From the NCBI GenBank assembly GCA_045613965.1, contig JAZLBY010000059.1:1-56285 (forward strand): 56,285 nucleotides of DNA, given 5' to 3'. Each line of letters opens with the position of its first letter. The first letter of the stretch is position 1. Positions 44,633 to 52,678 of the stretch are shown one piece after another. Position numbers and translations under genes: made by a program. The notes under the pieces were generated by a model. It made no database searches. It had not been told where the DNA came from and worked only from the letters and a program-made list of their open reading frames with translations. This DNA comes from Candidatus Scatovivens sp. GTDB lineage: Bacteria > Bacillota > Clostridia > TANB77 > CAG-508.

Positions 44633-46426
44633 CTAAATTCCAAGTTCTTCTCTACTATGGTTGCTATGTACTTCTCCCATAGTGCTTTTGCAACCTAGAA
44701 CATTTTGAGCTAAACTAGCTAAGCTATCTGGAATATCATCATGTTGTTTTCCTTGTACTTTCTCTGTTTGGCTAAATTTAAACAACATGTCTAAGAAATA
44801 ATTGTACATCATATTATTTTTTATCATTAGTCTTTTCTTAATCATCAGTCTGTATTGGCTTCTTTGTGCTCCTGTTATAAATCCTACTGATGCAAGTATT
44901 CTATCTAATTTACTCTTTGTTGTTGGAGCTTTGCTACAAGTTATTGCACACCATGTTATTCCTTTTTTCTTTAGTTCTTCTTTTACTGCTTCTGCATACA
45001 TATCTCCACCATTGTTTGCTTCAAAATGGCAATGTGTTATGTGATATTCTATTATTTTATTTACTACCATTGGGATTGTTTCTTCTTTTTTATCTTTGCT
45101 TACATAAACATCTATTAAAGGACAATCCCCATTTTTATATTCACTACATATTGGCATTGATAAATCATCTCCGCCACCCCAAGCTACATCGACTGCAGCT
45201 ACATTCCTTACAAATTCTTTTTCATCATCATATTGCTCATATTTATTCATTTCATCTTCACTAAATAATATTCCTAGTCTCTCAATTGGGTGTTGTTGTA
45301 TTAAACACTCAAAACTTACTGTGTCCATTAAGTCTTTATCTTCCAAAAACATCTCCGTAGTTATTGCAAATCCATATTTATAATTGAAATTGCTCTCGTT
45401 TTTCTCATTTAGACCAGGTATTTTAATTACTTTTATTCTTTGTGGTGCAGTTTTTCTATAATACTCAATAATTCTGCTTAATGGGTCATTTATACTAAAT
45501 ATTGTTCCAATTAAAAGCAGCTTGCATCTACCCTGCATACGCTTTTTAAGAGTACCTGTGAATTCCTCCCATTTCTTATCCATTACATCTTTATTACTTG
45601 CTTCTTCTATGTTCTTTACCAAGTCATCTACATACAATATGTCATGTGCTCTAGTTCTACCTGTGATTGAACCATCAAATCCTGCACAATACAATGTATA
45701 TTCTGAATGTTTGCTCTTTTTCCCATCATTTCTACAATCAAGAGACATTGTGTCAGCACTCTTATATGTTATTTCTAATTTTGGGAATATCTTTTGATAA
45801 TTCTCGTTTTCATCTTCTATTAATGTCATTACTCCATTGTAAAACTTATCTTTTGCTATATTTGCAGAATATGATACCATCATTTTAGGTAAATCTGGAT
45901 TTTTACCTATTGCCCATGCCATAAATCTCTTTCCTGCCTCTGTTTTGCCTGTTCCTTGTGGCATTGATATTGTCATTACTGCTCTTTCTTTATAATAAAA
46001 CTTAGTTAGTTCCCAATTCACATAATATAATACACAAGTTCTTGGTGCTAAAAATTGTTTTTCCTTCTCTATTCCAAATTCTAGTGCTATTGCAAAGTAA
46101 GAATATAAATATCTTGCTAAATAATAGTAATTTTGCTTCATTATTTCGTTTAATTTTATCTTATTTTCTAATAATTCCTCTTTTTTTATCAAATTTTCTA
46201 GTTCTTGTATTAAAAATATCGAAATTTTCAAGCTTTCAGTATAAACAAGGTTGTCTTTAAACATATCATATTTTACTTTGTCTTCTTCTTTTTCTATTTC
46301 TCCTAAATAATCTCTTAACAAATTTAACTTCTGTGCTCTTAGTAAATTTGGCATTTTTTCTTGTAATTGTGTCCTAAGTAAATTTATATTAGAGTTTATC
46401 TGGTTAATATCTCTATTTTCTTCCAT
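44633..46426 (-). CDS. terL: terminase large subunit
   Basis: Walker A-like MPQGTGKTE, 597 aa, upstream of the portal. TAGGAGG RBS. Confidence 0.85.
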   Translation of the reverse strand: MEENRDINQINSNINLLRTQLQEKMPNLLRAQKLNLLRDYLGEIEKEEDKVKYDMFKDNLVYTESLKISIFLIQELENLIKKEELLENKIKLNEIMKQNYYYLARYLYSYFAIALEFGIEKEKQFLAPRTCVLYYVNWELTKFYYKERAVMTISMPQGTGKTEAGKRFMAWAIGKNPDLPKMMVSYSANIAKDKFYNGVMTLIEDENENYQKIFPKLEITYKSADTMSLDCRNDGKKSKHSEYTLYCAGFDGSITGRTRAHDILYVDDLVKNIEEASNKDVMDKKWEEFTGTLKKRMQGRCKLLLIGTIFSINDPLSRIIEYYRKTAPQRIKVIKIPGLNEKNESNFNYKYGFAITTEMFLEDKDLMDTVSFECLIQQHPIERLGILFSEDEMNKYEQYDDEKEFVRNVAAVDVAWGGGDDLSMPICSEYKNGDCPLIDVYVSKDKKEETIPMVVNKIIEYHITHCHFEANNGGDMYAEAVKEELKKKGITWCAITCSKAPTTKSKLDRILASVGFITGAQRSQYRLMIKKRLMIKNNMMYNYFLDMLFKFSQTEKVQGKQHDDIPDSLASLAQNVLGCKSTMGEVHSNHSREELGI

Positions 46427-46453
46427 TTGTGCCTCCTACAAAACAAGACTAGC

Positions 46454-46633
46454 CTAATCAGCTAGCCCCATATATTCTTTTACAGCTTTCGATATTATCT
46501 CGTTCATACTTTCAAAATTGTTAGTTCCCCTTGTGCTTTCACTTCTTGCCTTAAGCCATTGATGTTGATAATATGGAAGTCTAACACTAAATCTTATTGT
46601 TTTCCCTAGTTTTTCTTTATTTTCTCTAGCCAT
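46454..46633 (-). CDS. ribbon-helix-helix (CopG/Arc-like) protein (59 aa)
   Basis: KTIRFSVRLP (beta strand), then two helices (QWLKARSE, MNEIISKAVKEYM). Sits immediately upstream of terL. Below the track cut-off. Confidence 0.45.
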   Translation of the reverse strand: MARENKEKLGKTIRFSVRLPYYQHQWLKARSESTRGTNNFESMNEIISKAVKEYMGLAD

Positions 46634-46679
46634 TTTATCTCTCCTTTATATTATCATAAACCCTTTGACTTTTCAATAT

Positions 46680-46934
46680 CTATTGTGGCATTTTTATAAC
46701 TATTCCAGTTTCTTTAGTTTTTAATGCTCTATCTATTACTGCTTCTAATACATTTAAAACTTCCATTGCTCTTTCTTCTGTTTCATATTCTCCTAATTGT
46801 ACAACTTCCATTCTATCTCCTATAGCAACAATACTATTTAATTCTCCTGTTGCTTTTTGACCATATAAAGATATATTCTTTCTAGTACAATCAACTAAAG
46901 ACACTCCTGTTTTAGTTCGTATTTTTATATCCAT
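46680..46934 (-). CDS. hypothetical protein
   Basis: ORF in the gene train. Confidence 0.5.
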   Translation of the reverse strand: MDIKIRTKTGVSLVDCTRKNISLYGQKATGELNSIVAIGDRMEVVQLGEYETEERAMEVLNVLEAVIDRALKTKETGIVIKMPQ

Positions 46935-47133
46935 AATATTCTTCCCCTTCTACATGTTTATACCATAATTCATTTATTCTACAACACTCTTTATAGCCTT
47001 TCTCAAATTGCACCAATATAAAATTCTTATATATACCTACAACAATGGCGTTTTGTGTTCGTATTATTTTCTCTCTTGTTTCTCCATTTTTGTAAGGTCT
47101 TATTACTTTTACTGGCATTCCTATTTCTACCAT
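46912..47133 (-). CDS. hypothetical protein
   Basis: ORF with GGGAGG RBS. Confidence 0.5.
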   Translation of the reverse strand: MVEIGMPVKVIRPYKNGETREKIIRTQNAIVVGIYKNFILVQFEKGYKECCRINELWYKHVEGEEYYGYKNTN

Positions 47134-47166
47134 ACTTTTGACCTCCCAAAACTTTAAAATAATTAA

Positions 47167-47242
<76 letters not shown>

Positions 47243-47286
47243 ATATACGCAACTAAGTCTACATGAGACCTAGTTACTAATCTTTT

Positions 47287-47724
47287 TTATTTTCCTGTGC
47301 TTCCAAAGCCTCCAGTTCTTTCTCCATCTGCTGCATCATCTTCTGTTGTGCCATATTCTACAAATATTCCTTGCATCATTTTTTCTCCTGCTTTAAGTAC
47401 AATGTCTTCATCTCTCATATTATAGAACAATCCTGCTATTTCCCCTTCATTATCTTCGTTGTTATAATAGTCTGCATCAACTACCCCAACTCCATTTAAG
47501 ATAATAAGTCCTTTTTTCTTTGGATTAGAACTTCTATTGAATAACAATAATGTTTCATTATCTGGGAATATTGCTTTTACACCACTCTTTACCATTGTTA
47601 TTTCATGGCTTTTACATATTGTGTCTTCTGGTACTATAAAATCATAACCTGCACTTTTTGCTGTACTTCTTCTTGGTAATTCAATCTCCCCTTCTATTCT
47701 ACTTACTTTTTCAAATTTTCTCAT
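47287..47724 (-). CDS. dut: dUTPase
   Basis: SAGYDF, GVGVVDADYYN, MMQGIF, GGFGSTGK motifs. Confidence 0.85.
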   Translation of the reverse strand: MRKFEKVSRIEGEIELPRRSTAKSAGYDFIVPEDTICKSHEITMVKSGVKAIFPDNETLLLFNRSSNPKKKGLIILNGVGVVDADYYNNEDNEGEIAGLFYNMRDEDIVLKAGEKMMQGIFVEYGTTEDDAADGERTGGFGSTGK

Positions 47725-48266
47725 ATTCCTTTTTCCTCCTTATTTAAACATTTTCTACATATTGGGTAATATTTATCTTTGTCTCCGACTAATGTGTCTC
47801 CATTTTTCTTTATCTTGCACATTGTATATTCTGCTGCTTCTCCACATTTTTCACATTTTGCCTTTAGCAGCTCTATTTCATCAGCTATTCCCATTATTTC
47901 ACACATCTTCCCAAAAGGCTTTAGCTCACTTGTTGTCCTTAATCCTCCTACATATATCGTGTAACCTGCTCTATTTAAGTCTTCTAGCAGCATATAGTCG
48001 CCTTCAATAAATTGTGCTTCATCTATGATTATAACTTTTGTCGCTTCTTCTAATTTTCCTACAATGTCTTCAAATCTTTCTACTACATCTGCCTCTATTC
48101 TTATGTCTGTCTCCCTACTCTTTATATACGACTTGTCTCTCTTGTCTTTACTTGGCTTAAAACATTGTAAGTTTACTCCTTTGTTTATTTGTATATACAT
48201 CATGCCAATCTGTATTAGCCTTCCACTCTTTCCACTAAACATCGGTCCTGTTACTACATATATCAT
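47721..48266 (-). CDS. tdk: thymidine kinase
   Basis: VTGPMFSGKS P-loop, IIIDEAQF, C-terminal CEKCG ... CRKC zinc site. Confidence 0.9.
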   Translation of the reverse strand: MIYVVTGPMFSGKSGRLIQIGMMYIQINKGVNLQCFKPSKDKRDKSYIKSRETDIRIEADVVERFEDIVGKLEEATKVIIIDEAQFIEGDYMLLEDLNRAGYTIYVGGLRTTSELKPFGKMCEIMGIADEIELLKAKCEKCGEAAEYTMCKIKKNGDTLVGDKDKYYPICRKCLNKEEKGI

Positions 48267-48466
48267 TATTTTATTCTCCCTAAATATTCTAATCCTTTTT
48301 CTGTCTTTACTACTATGTAGTTTGATTTTATTAGTCTTCTAAACTTCCCTTCACTTATCTTCCCATCTCTTGTTATCTTTTGTCTATTTCTTGGTCTTAG
48401 TTCTATTCCTTTCTCAAACTCCCATTCATTTAATGTTTTTGTCTCCCTTTGTGGTTTTATATACAT
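48266..48466 (-). CDS. hypothetical basic protein
   Basis: ORF with AAGGAGG RBS. Confidence 0.5.
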   Translation of the reverse strand: MYIKPQRETKTLNEWEFEKGIELRPRNRQKITRDGKISEGKFRRLIKSNYIVVKTEKGLEYLGRIK

Positions 48467-48488
48467 AACTATTTCCTCCTTATTTATC

Positions 48489-48749
48489 TTATTTGTTTTT
48501 ATTTAATATTTCTTTTGTTCTCTCTATCTCCGCTTCTAGGTCCATTATAGTTGCCGCTAAACTCTTCATCGAACTTTCTAATAACTCTACTCCACTTACA
48601 CTCTCTAATTCATCATGTATCTTCCCTAGCTCGTTTAAATGGTACTTCATCGCTTTTATCGTTTTGCTCGTTCCTTTTATGTTTATTCTTAATATCTTAT
48701 CACAATCTTCTTCTAACTTCCCATTTAGCAACTCTTCTACTATATTCAC
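48489..48749 (-). CDS. hypothetical coiled-coil protein
   Basis: The GTG at 48749 follows a GGAGGG RBS. The track start (GTG at 48779) has none. Confidence 0.45.
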   Translation of the reverse strand: MNIVEELLNGKLEEDCDKILRINIKGTSKTIKAMKYHLNELGKIHDELESVSGVELLESSMKSLAATIMDLEAEIERTKEILNKNK

Positions 48750-49142
48750 TCTTTTCCCTCCATACCACTTAATACTCACTATGTAAGAAAGTAATAACTT
48801 ATTCCCATCTCAACCAATTAAAGCATGCCCTCATTGGTACTCTCGCACAGGTTTCTGTGTCGCTAGGTAGCTCTCCCTAGTCTTACTACACCCTTCTTTA
48901 CTTCCCTACATACTAAATATTAAATATTATTTGTAAGAGTAACTAGAATTCCCTTACTCTACAATATACCGATTGGCTAAGACCAAATCAACAACAAATG
49001 ATTTGTAAATGTATTCAAAACATTGGTAATCTCTTACCTAGAAAGGAGTAAACATGCGATATTAAATGCGTTTTTTCGTTTCACATATTTACTTAGGTTG
49101 GGTTTCTTTTTTTTGATGATATCTAGTATCTCATCTTCTTAT

Positions 49143-49171
49143 TTTATATCATAGTGGTATCAAAATGTCAA
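49143..49171 (-). promoter_or_regulatory. strong promoter facing the late arm
   Basis: On the minus strand: TTGACA, 17 nt spacer, TATAAA, with a TGa extended -10. About 390 nt upstream of the first CDS. Confidence 0.5.
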
Positions 49172-49347
49172 CCCCTTTTTATATTTTTTTAAAAAAAATT
49201 TTTATAGGTTTTTAGGGAGGGGTATAGTGGTATCATTTTGATTTTTGTGTTTTTCGGTGGAAGAGAGGTTGACTACGCCGCCCCTGTCGATTTTGTCGAA
49301 ATAGGGGGCGGGGTGTGTTGGGTGTGGTGGTTTTTGTCTTGTTTTCT

Positions 49348-49402
49348 TGTAATATTTTTGTAACAATTCTGTAATATTTCTGTAACAAAAATGTAATATT
49401 TA
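49348..49402 (+). repeat. five exactly phased 11-bp repeats, TGTAATATTTy alternating with TGTAACAAwwm
   Basis: Units start at 49348, 49359, 49370, 49381 and 49392. The array ends 15 bp before the -35 box. Confidence 0.85.
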
Positions 49403-49417
49403 ATTTTAATAAAAGCA

Positions 49418-49446
49418 TTGACTTTTTAAAAAAATCATGGTAAAAT
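49418..49446 (+). promoter_or_regulatory. promoter of the opposite-strand cassette
   Basis: TTGACT, 17 nt spacer, TAAAAT, preceded by TGg. Confidence 0.55.
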
Positions 49447-49592
49447 TATTATAATAAAAGAAGAGGAAAAAGAAGCGGCGTAATGGTGTTATTGGTAAAA
49501 GTAGAAAAAGCCCCGCAACATTCCAAAAAACTTTTATTATAAAAAAATTATAAAATAGAAAGGCAGGGGAAACCCTGGAAAAGGTGGTTAAT

Positions 49593-49967
49593 ATGGACTA
49601 TAATTATTTTGAAAATGTAAAAGAAGACATTAAGGAAGCAATCAAAGAAAGATATGAAAAAGAAGAAATTCTAGGAGATGAAATAGAGCAAGATGCTCTT
49701 TATGATGATTTATTTATTGATGACAGCGTAACAGGTAACGCCTCAGGCTCTTACACATTCAGCACATATAAGGCAGAGGAATACATCGCACACAATTTAG
49801 ACTTGTTAAAAGAAGCAATTGAAGAATTCGGCGGAGAATATGGAGAAGCCTTAGAGCGTGGGGCTGAATTCTGCGATGTAACCATCAGGTGCTATGTATT
49901 AGGGCAAGCTATAGGGGAAGCAATAGAAGAATTAAAAGAAGAACTTGAAGAAGAAGCGGAGGCGTAA
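49593..49967 (+). CDS. highly acidic protein of unknown function
   Basis: ATG after AAAGGTGG. D/E-rich throughout. The sequence is G+C-richer than the bulk genome. Confidence 0.6.
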   Translation: MDYNYFENVKEDIKEAIKERYEKEEILGDEIEQDALYDDLFIDDSVTGNASGSYTFSTYKAEEYIAHNLDLLKEAIEEFGGEYGEALERGAEFCDVTIRCYVLGQAIGEAIEELKEELEEEAEA

Positions 49968-49970
49968 GAG

Positions 49971-50099
49971 ATGAAAAAAAAGTTAATAAAAAATATTAAA
50001 CTTTTAATCGGTGGAATAATTGGAACGGCTGCAATTTTTGGAGTAATTGCAATAATTCAATTAATAGTAAATACAATTTGCAGCGTAATATTAAAATAA
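49971..50099 (+). CDS. small membrane protein (42 aa)
   Basis: TM segment LLIGGIIGTAAIFGVIAIIQLIV. Starts 3 nt after the previous stop. Confidence 0.4.
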   Translation: MKKKLIKNIKLLIGGIIGTAAIFGVIAIIQLIVNTICSVILK

Positions 50100-50113
50100 A
50101 AGGGGTGTAAAAT

Positions 50114-50266
50114 ATGAAAAATTTTAAAATAATAATATTAAATGGTGCAGGCTGTGAGATTTACAATAAAATCATAAAAGCAGAAAATGAAAACAAAGCA
50201 ATTATTGAAGTTTTAGACAATGAAGTTATTTATTCAGATGATACAATAACAATTGAAGAAGTTTAA
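50114..50266 (+). CDS. hypothetical protein (50 aa)
   Basis: ATG after an AGGGGTG RBS. Confidence 0.4.
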   Translation: MKNFKIIILNGAGCEIYNKIIKAENENKAIIEVLDNEVIYSDDTITIEEV

Positions 50267-50294
50267 AAAATAGAAAGGTTAAAAGGTGGAAAAT

Positions 50295-50618
50295 ATGGAA
50301 AAATTAAAAAATAATATTAATAAATTAATAATCGATGGAGTTAGACCAGAACAACTTGAAAATTTAGAAGAGTTACAAGCTCGTTACGATGCAAGGCAAA
50401 GCTTTTACAAAAAAGCTTATACAGGTACTTACTTAAATTGTCTATATTTAAAAAGTTATAATACTATTGTTGCTTGTATATTTCAAAATCAATTAAGAAT
50501 TTATGGTGCATTCTCACAAACAACAGCAAGACACATAAGAGAATTTGCAAAACAAAACGGATTTGATGGTATAATAACATATCAAGACATGAAAAACACA
50601 TGCGTAATAAGTAAATAA
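50295..50618 (+). CDS. hypothetical protein
   Basis: ATG after AAAGGTGGA. Contains the SYNTIVA ... SQTTARHIREF motif, which I cannot assign to a family. Confidence 0.55.
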   Translation: MEKLKNNINKLIIDGVRPEQLENLEELQARYDARQSFYKKAYTGTYLNCLYLKSYNTIVACIFQNQLRIYGAFSQTTARHIREFAKQNGFDGIITYQDMKNTCVISK

Positions 50619-50646
50619 TAAAAAAACAGGTTAGGAGGTGGAAGCC

Positions 50647-51228
50647 GTGGGCTTAAATGATAACACTAAAAATATTGAACTAGCACTAAAAGAGAAAAAC
50701 AGCATACAAAAGCAAAAAGAAGCGGAAAAGCTAAGAAAACAGGAAGAAAAAGAAAACGCCGAGAGATTGGCGGAAGATATCAAAGAAGCAATCAAAACAG
50801 AATTTCGCAGGTATTTAGATATTGCAGGCGTAACTTATGCGATAGAGTTTTACAGCATAGAACGAAAAAACGAAATTTTGCAAGATATACTAGCAACATT
50901 TGGAGCGGTTGGCACTATGGAGCTAAAAAAAGAAGGGTACACAGGAACAAAAATCCAATTTTGCAGCAACAAAAAAGAGATTGAGAAGGTGTTCAATGAT
51001 AATTATTATAAAATACTAAAACAAGAAGAGGCGGCTTATAAGTTAAATGATAAATACTTATATCATAAACAATTGCAGGAATTCAAAGAAGAGCCAGCAG
51101 AAGAAAGAAGCGGGGCGGATTGGTTCAAAGTATTAAAATATATCTTTTACATAATAGGCGGCGTGGTATTCTTTCCAATTGTATTTATAGGATTTTTAAT
51201 CCTTGCAGTGTGTAAAAGTAGCAAATAA
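50647..51228 (+). CDS. coiled-coil protein with a C-terminal TM anchor
   Basis: GTG 8 nt after TAGGAGGTGG. C-terminus YIFYIIGGVVFFPIVFIGFLILAV. Confidence 0.55.
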   Translation: MGLNDNTKNIELALKEKNSIQKQKEAEKLRKQEEKENAERLAEDIKEAIKTEFRRYLDIAGVTYAIEFYSIERKNEILQDILATFGAVGTMELKKEGYTGTKIQFCSNKKEIEKVFNDNYYKILKQEEAAYKLNDKYLYHKQLQEFKEEPAEERSGADWFKVLKYIFYIIGGVVFFPIVFIGFLILAVCKSSK

Positions 51229-51257
51229 AAAGAAGGTTCAAGCCTTCTTTTTATTTG
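51229..51257 (+). terminator. rho-independent terminator
   Basis: AGAAGG / CCTTCT stem with a TTTTTATTT tail. Confidence 0.55.
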
Positions 51258-51264
51258 GTATATT

Positions 51265-51301
51265 GAAGCGGTCAAATGCTTAATTTTGCCGCTTCTTTTT
51301 G
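51265..51301 (+). terminator. second terminator hairpin
   Basis: GAAGCGG / CCGCTTC stem with a TTTTTG tail. Confidence 0.45.
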
Positions 51302-51551
51302 TTGCTCAAATAATCAAAAATAAGCCGTTTTATGATTTAGACATATAAGTATATTTCTAAAAAAATAAAATGGCTTAAAATCGATTTTCATTGATTTAAA
51401 ATCAAGTTGATTTTTAAAAAATCGTTGATTTTCTGCGAAACATTGCACAAAATACTAATTTTGTGCAGTTTACATAATAGGTTACAACCTGCCCTGGTGG
51501 GTGGGTATTTTTTTTGTCGGTGGTCCGCTTCCAGATTTCAAAAAAAGCCCG

Positions 51552-51704
51552 AAAGTCGAAAGTCGTAGCAAAATTTTGAAAAAAAATTTTTTCAAAAAGT
51601 CGCAAAAGTCGTAAAGTCGCAAAAGTCGTATAATTTTTCCAATTAAAACACACCCCAAAGTCGTAGGCAAAAGTCGTAAAAGTCGTAGCTATTCCTGAAA
51701 GTCG
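51552..51704. repeat. array of 10 same-orientation AAAGTCG(YA) motifs
   Basis: Copies start at 51552, 51559, 51596, 51605, 51613, 51622, 51657, 51670, 51679 and 51698. Consensus AAAGTCGTA. Confidence 0.9.
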
Positions 51705-52285
51705 CCGATGTTTCCTAAATCGATAAGAGAAGCGGAACTACTTTCAGGTAATTCTGGCATTGCATTCAAAATTTCATTCTCATCATTTGGTTTAGCAGCA
51801 TCACTAATTGGTCCAGCTTGAATTTCTTGTACATCTTTCATGTCATAGAAGTTTTTAGCCCTGAAAATATAAACTGGTGCATTAACCTTATTCAAAGTCG
51901 CCATCGAAGCATCATAATTGCATACATAATCCTTTGCTTTTTTTATAGTGTTCGTGAACTCAACGTTGTACTTACCCTGTTCAATTTCATAAAAAGTCGT
52001 TCTGCACCAACCTGAGCAAAGAGCGAGACCTTCAACAGTAGGAGGCAAACTTTCCTCAGAGCACATAGAGAGGTAATCGATAAATCTATTTTGAAGTTCT
52101 TCGACAGACTTAGGTTTTTCCATACCCATTTTCATAACTTCAAGATTAAATTTCAAAACTTTTTTAGCGATTTCTCTGTCTTTATCAGTTTTAGGTTTGT
52201 TGTCATGAAGAGCTCCGATATTTCTTCTACCCATTTTAAAAGGTTTAGCATCATTATCTAGTATTTCTGTATCATCATCAAACAT
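51689..52285 (-). CDS. terS: terminase small subunit
   Basis: LPPTVEGLALCSGWCRTTFYEIE ... FTNTIKKAKDYV ... VYIFRAKNFYDMKD fits the Firmicute-phage TerS pattern (P.T.eGLAL.LG.sr.T ... iKrAk ... iF.LKN) as I recall it. ATG lies 9 nt after GAGGTG. Confidence 0.7.
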   Translation of the reverse strand: MFDDDTEILDNDAKPFKMGRRNIGALHDNKPKTDKDREIAKKVLKFNLEVMKMGMEKPKSVEELQNRFIDYLSMCSEESLPPTVEGLALCSGWCRTTFYEIEQGKYNVEFTNTIKKAKDYVCNYDASMATLNKVNAPVYIFRAKNFYDMKDVQEIQAGPISDAAKPNDENEILNAMPELPESSSASLIDLGNIGDFQE

Positions 52286-52334
52286 ATTAAATAACACCTC
52301 ACATTAAAACATTAAAAATATTTCTTTAAGAGAA

Positions 52335-52363
52335 ATTTTATCAAAAGAGACAAAAAAAGTAAA
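52335..52363 (-). promoter_or_regulatory. possible terS promoter
   Basis: On the minus strand: TTTACT, 17 nt spacer, TAAAAT, with a TGa extended -10. Confidence 0.3.
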
Positions 52364-52413
52364 GAGAGAAAAAGAAAAAAAATATAATATAAAAAATGGA
52401 AAAAAATGGAAAA

Positions 52414-52678
52414 CTCCCTAAAAAGGGCATTTTCTCCCTAACTCCCTAAAAACTCCCTGGGTTTTGCCTTACTCTCTCAAGGGATAGGGAGAAAGGGAGG
52501 TTTTTTTCTTTAAGTTTAATAAAATAAAATATAATAAAATAAAATATATATATAAATATATATAAGAAGTAGGAGGGGGTATTTTTTGAAAAAAGCTCCC
52601 TAACACTAATGATATCAACGAAAAATGGCAGGGAGTTTTTATTTTTAAAACTCCCTAACTCCCTAAAAAACTCCCTAA
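52414..52678. repeat. two clusters of CTCCCTAA direct repeats (7 exact and 1 variant) plus inverted copies
   Basis: Exact copies at 52414, 52434, 52442, 52596, 52651, 52659 and 52671. Variant CTCCCTGG at 52453. Inverted TAGGGAG at 52485 and CAGGGAG at 52629. Confidence 0.9.
52515..52565. other. 51-nt tract containing only A and T
   Basis: ttaataaaataaaatataataaaataaaatatatatataaatatatataa lies between the two CTCCCTAA clusters. Confidence 0.8.

Noticed and set aside
48780-49140. Attempt to assign the long leader to a known riboswitch class (ykkC/guanidine, c-di-GMP, preQ1 and others), and a check for a hidden tRNA or tmRNA.
   Set aside because: I could only find loose resemblances (CUAGGG, GAGAG, ACAC) and no complete consensus or cloverleaf. 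It is kept only as an unclassified structured leader.
49233-49418. 61-aa minus-strand ORF across the G+C-rich hairpin and the 11-bp repeat array.
   Set aside because: It has no RBS, and the translation is dictated by the repeats (TKTTTPNTPRP...). The region is better explained as regulatory DNA between divergent promoters.
51414-51670. Two overlapping minus-strand ORFs (79 and 62 aa) over the AAAGTCG array.
   Set aside because: They overlap each other in different frames, have no RBS, and their sequence is a by-product of the tandem motif (RLLRL.., FCDF..).
51552-52678. Whether the short-repeat arrays could be a CRISPR array.
   Set aside because: The repeat units are only 7-9 bp, spacing is irregular (7-37 bp), there are no unique spacers of 25-40 bp, and no cas genes are present.
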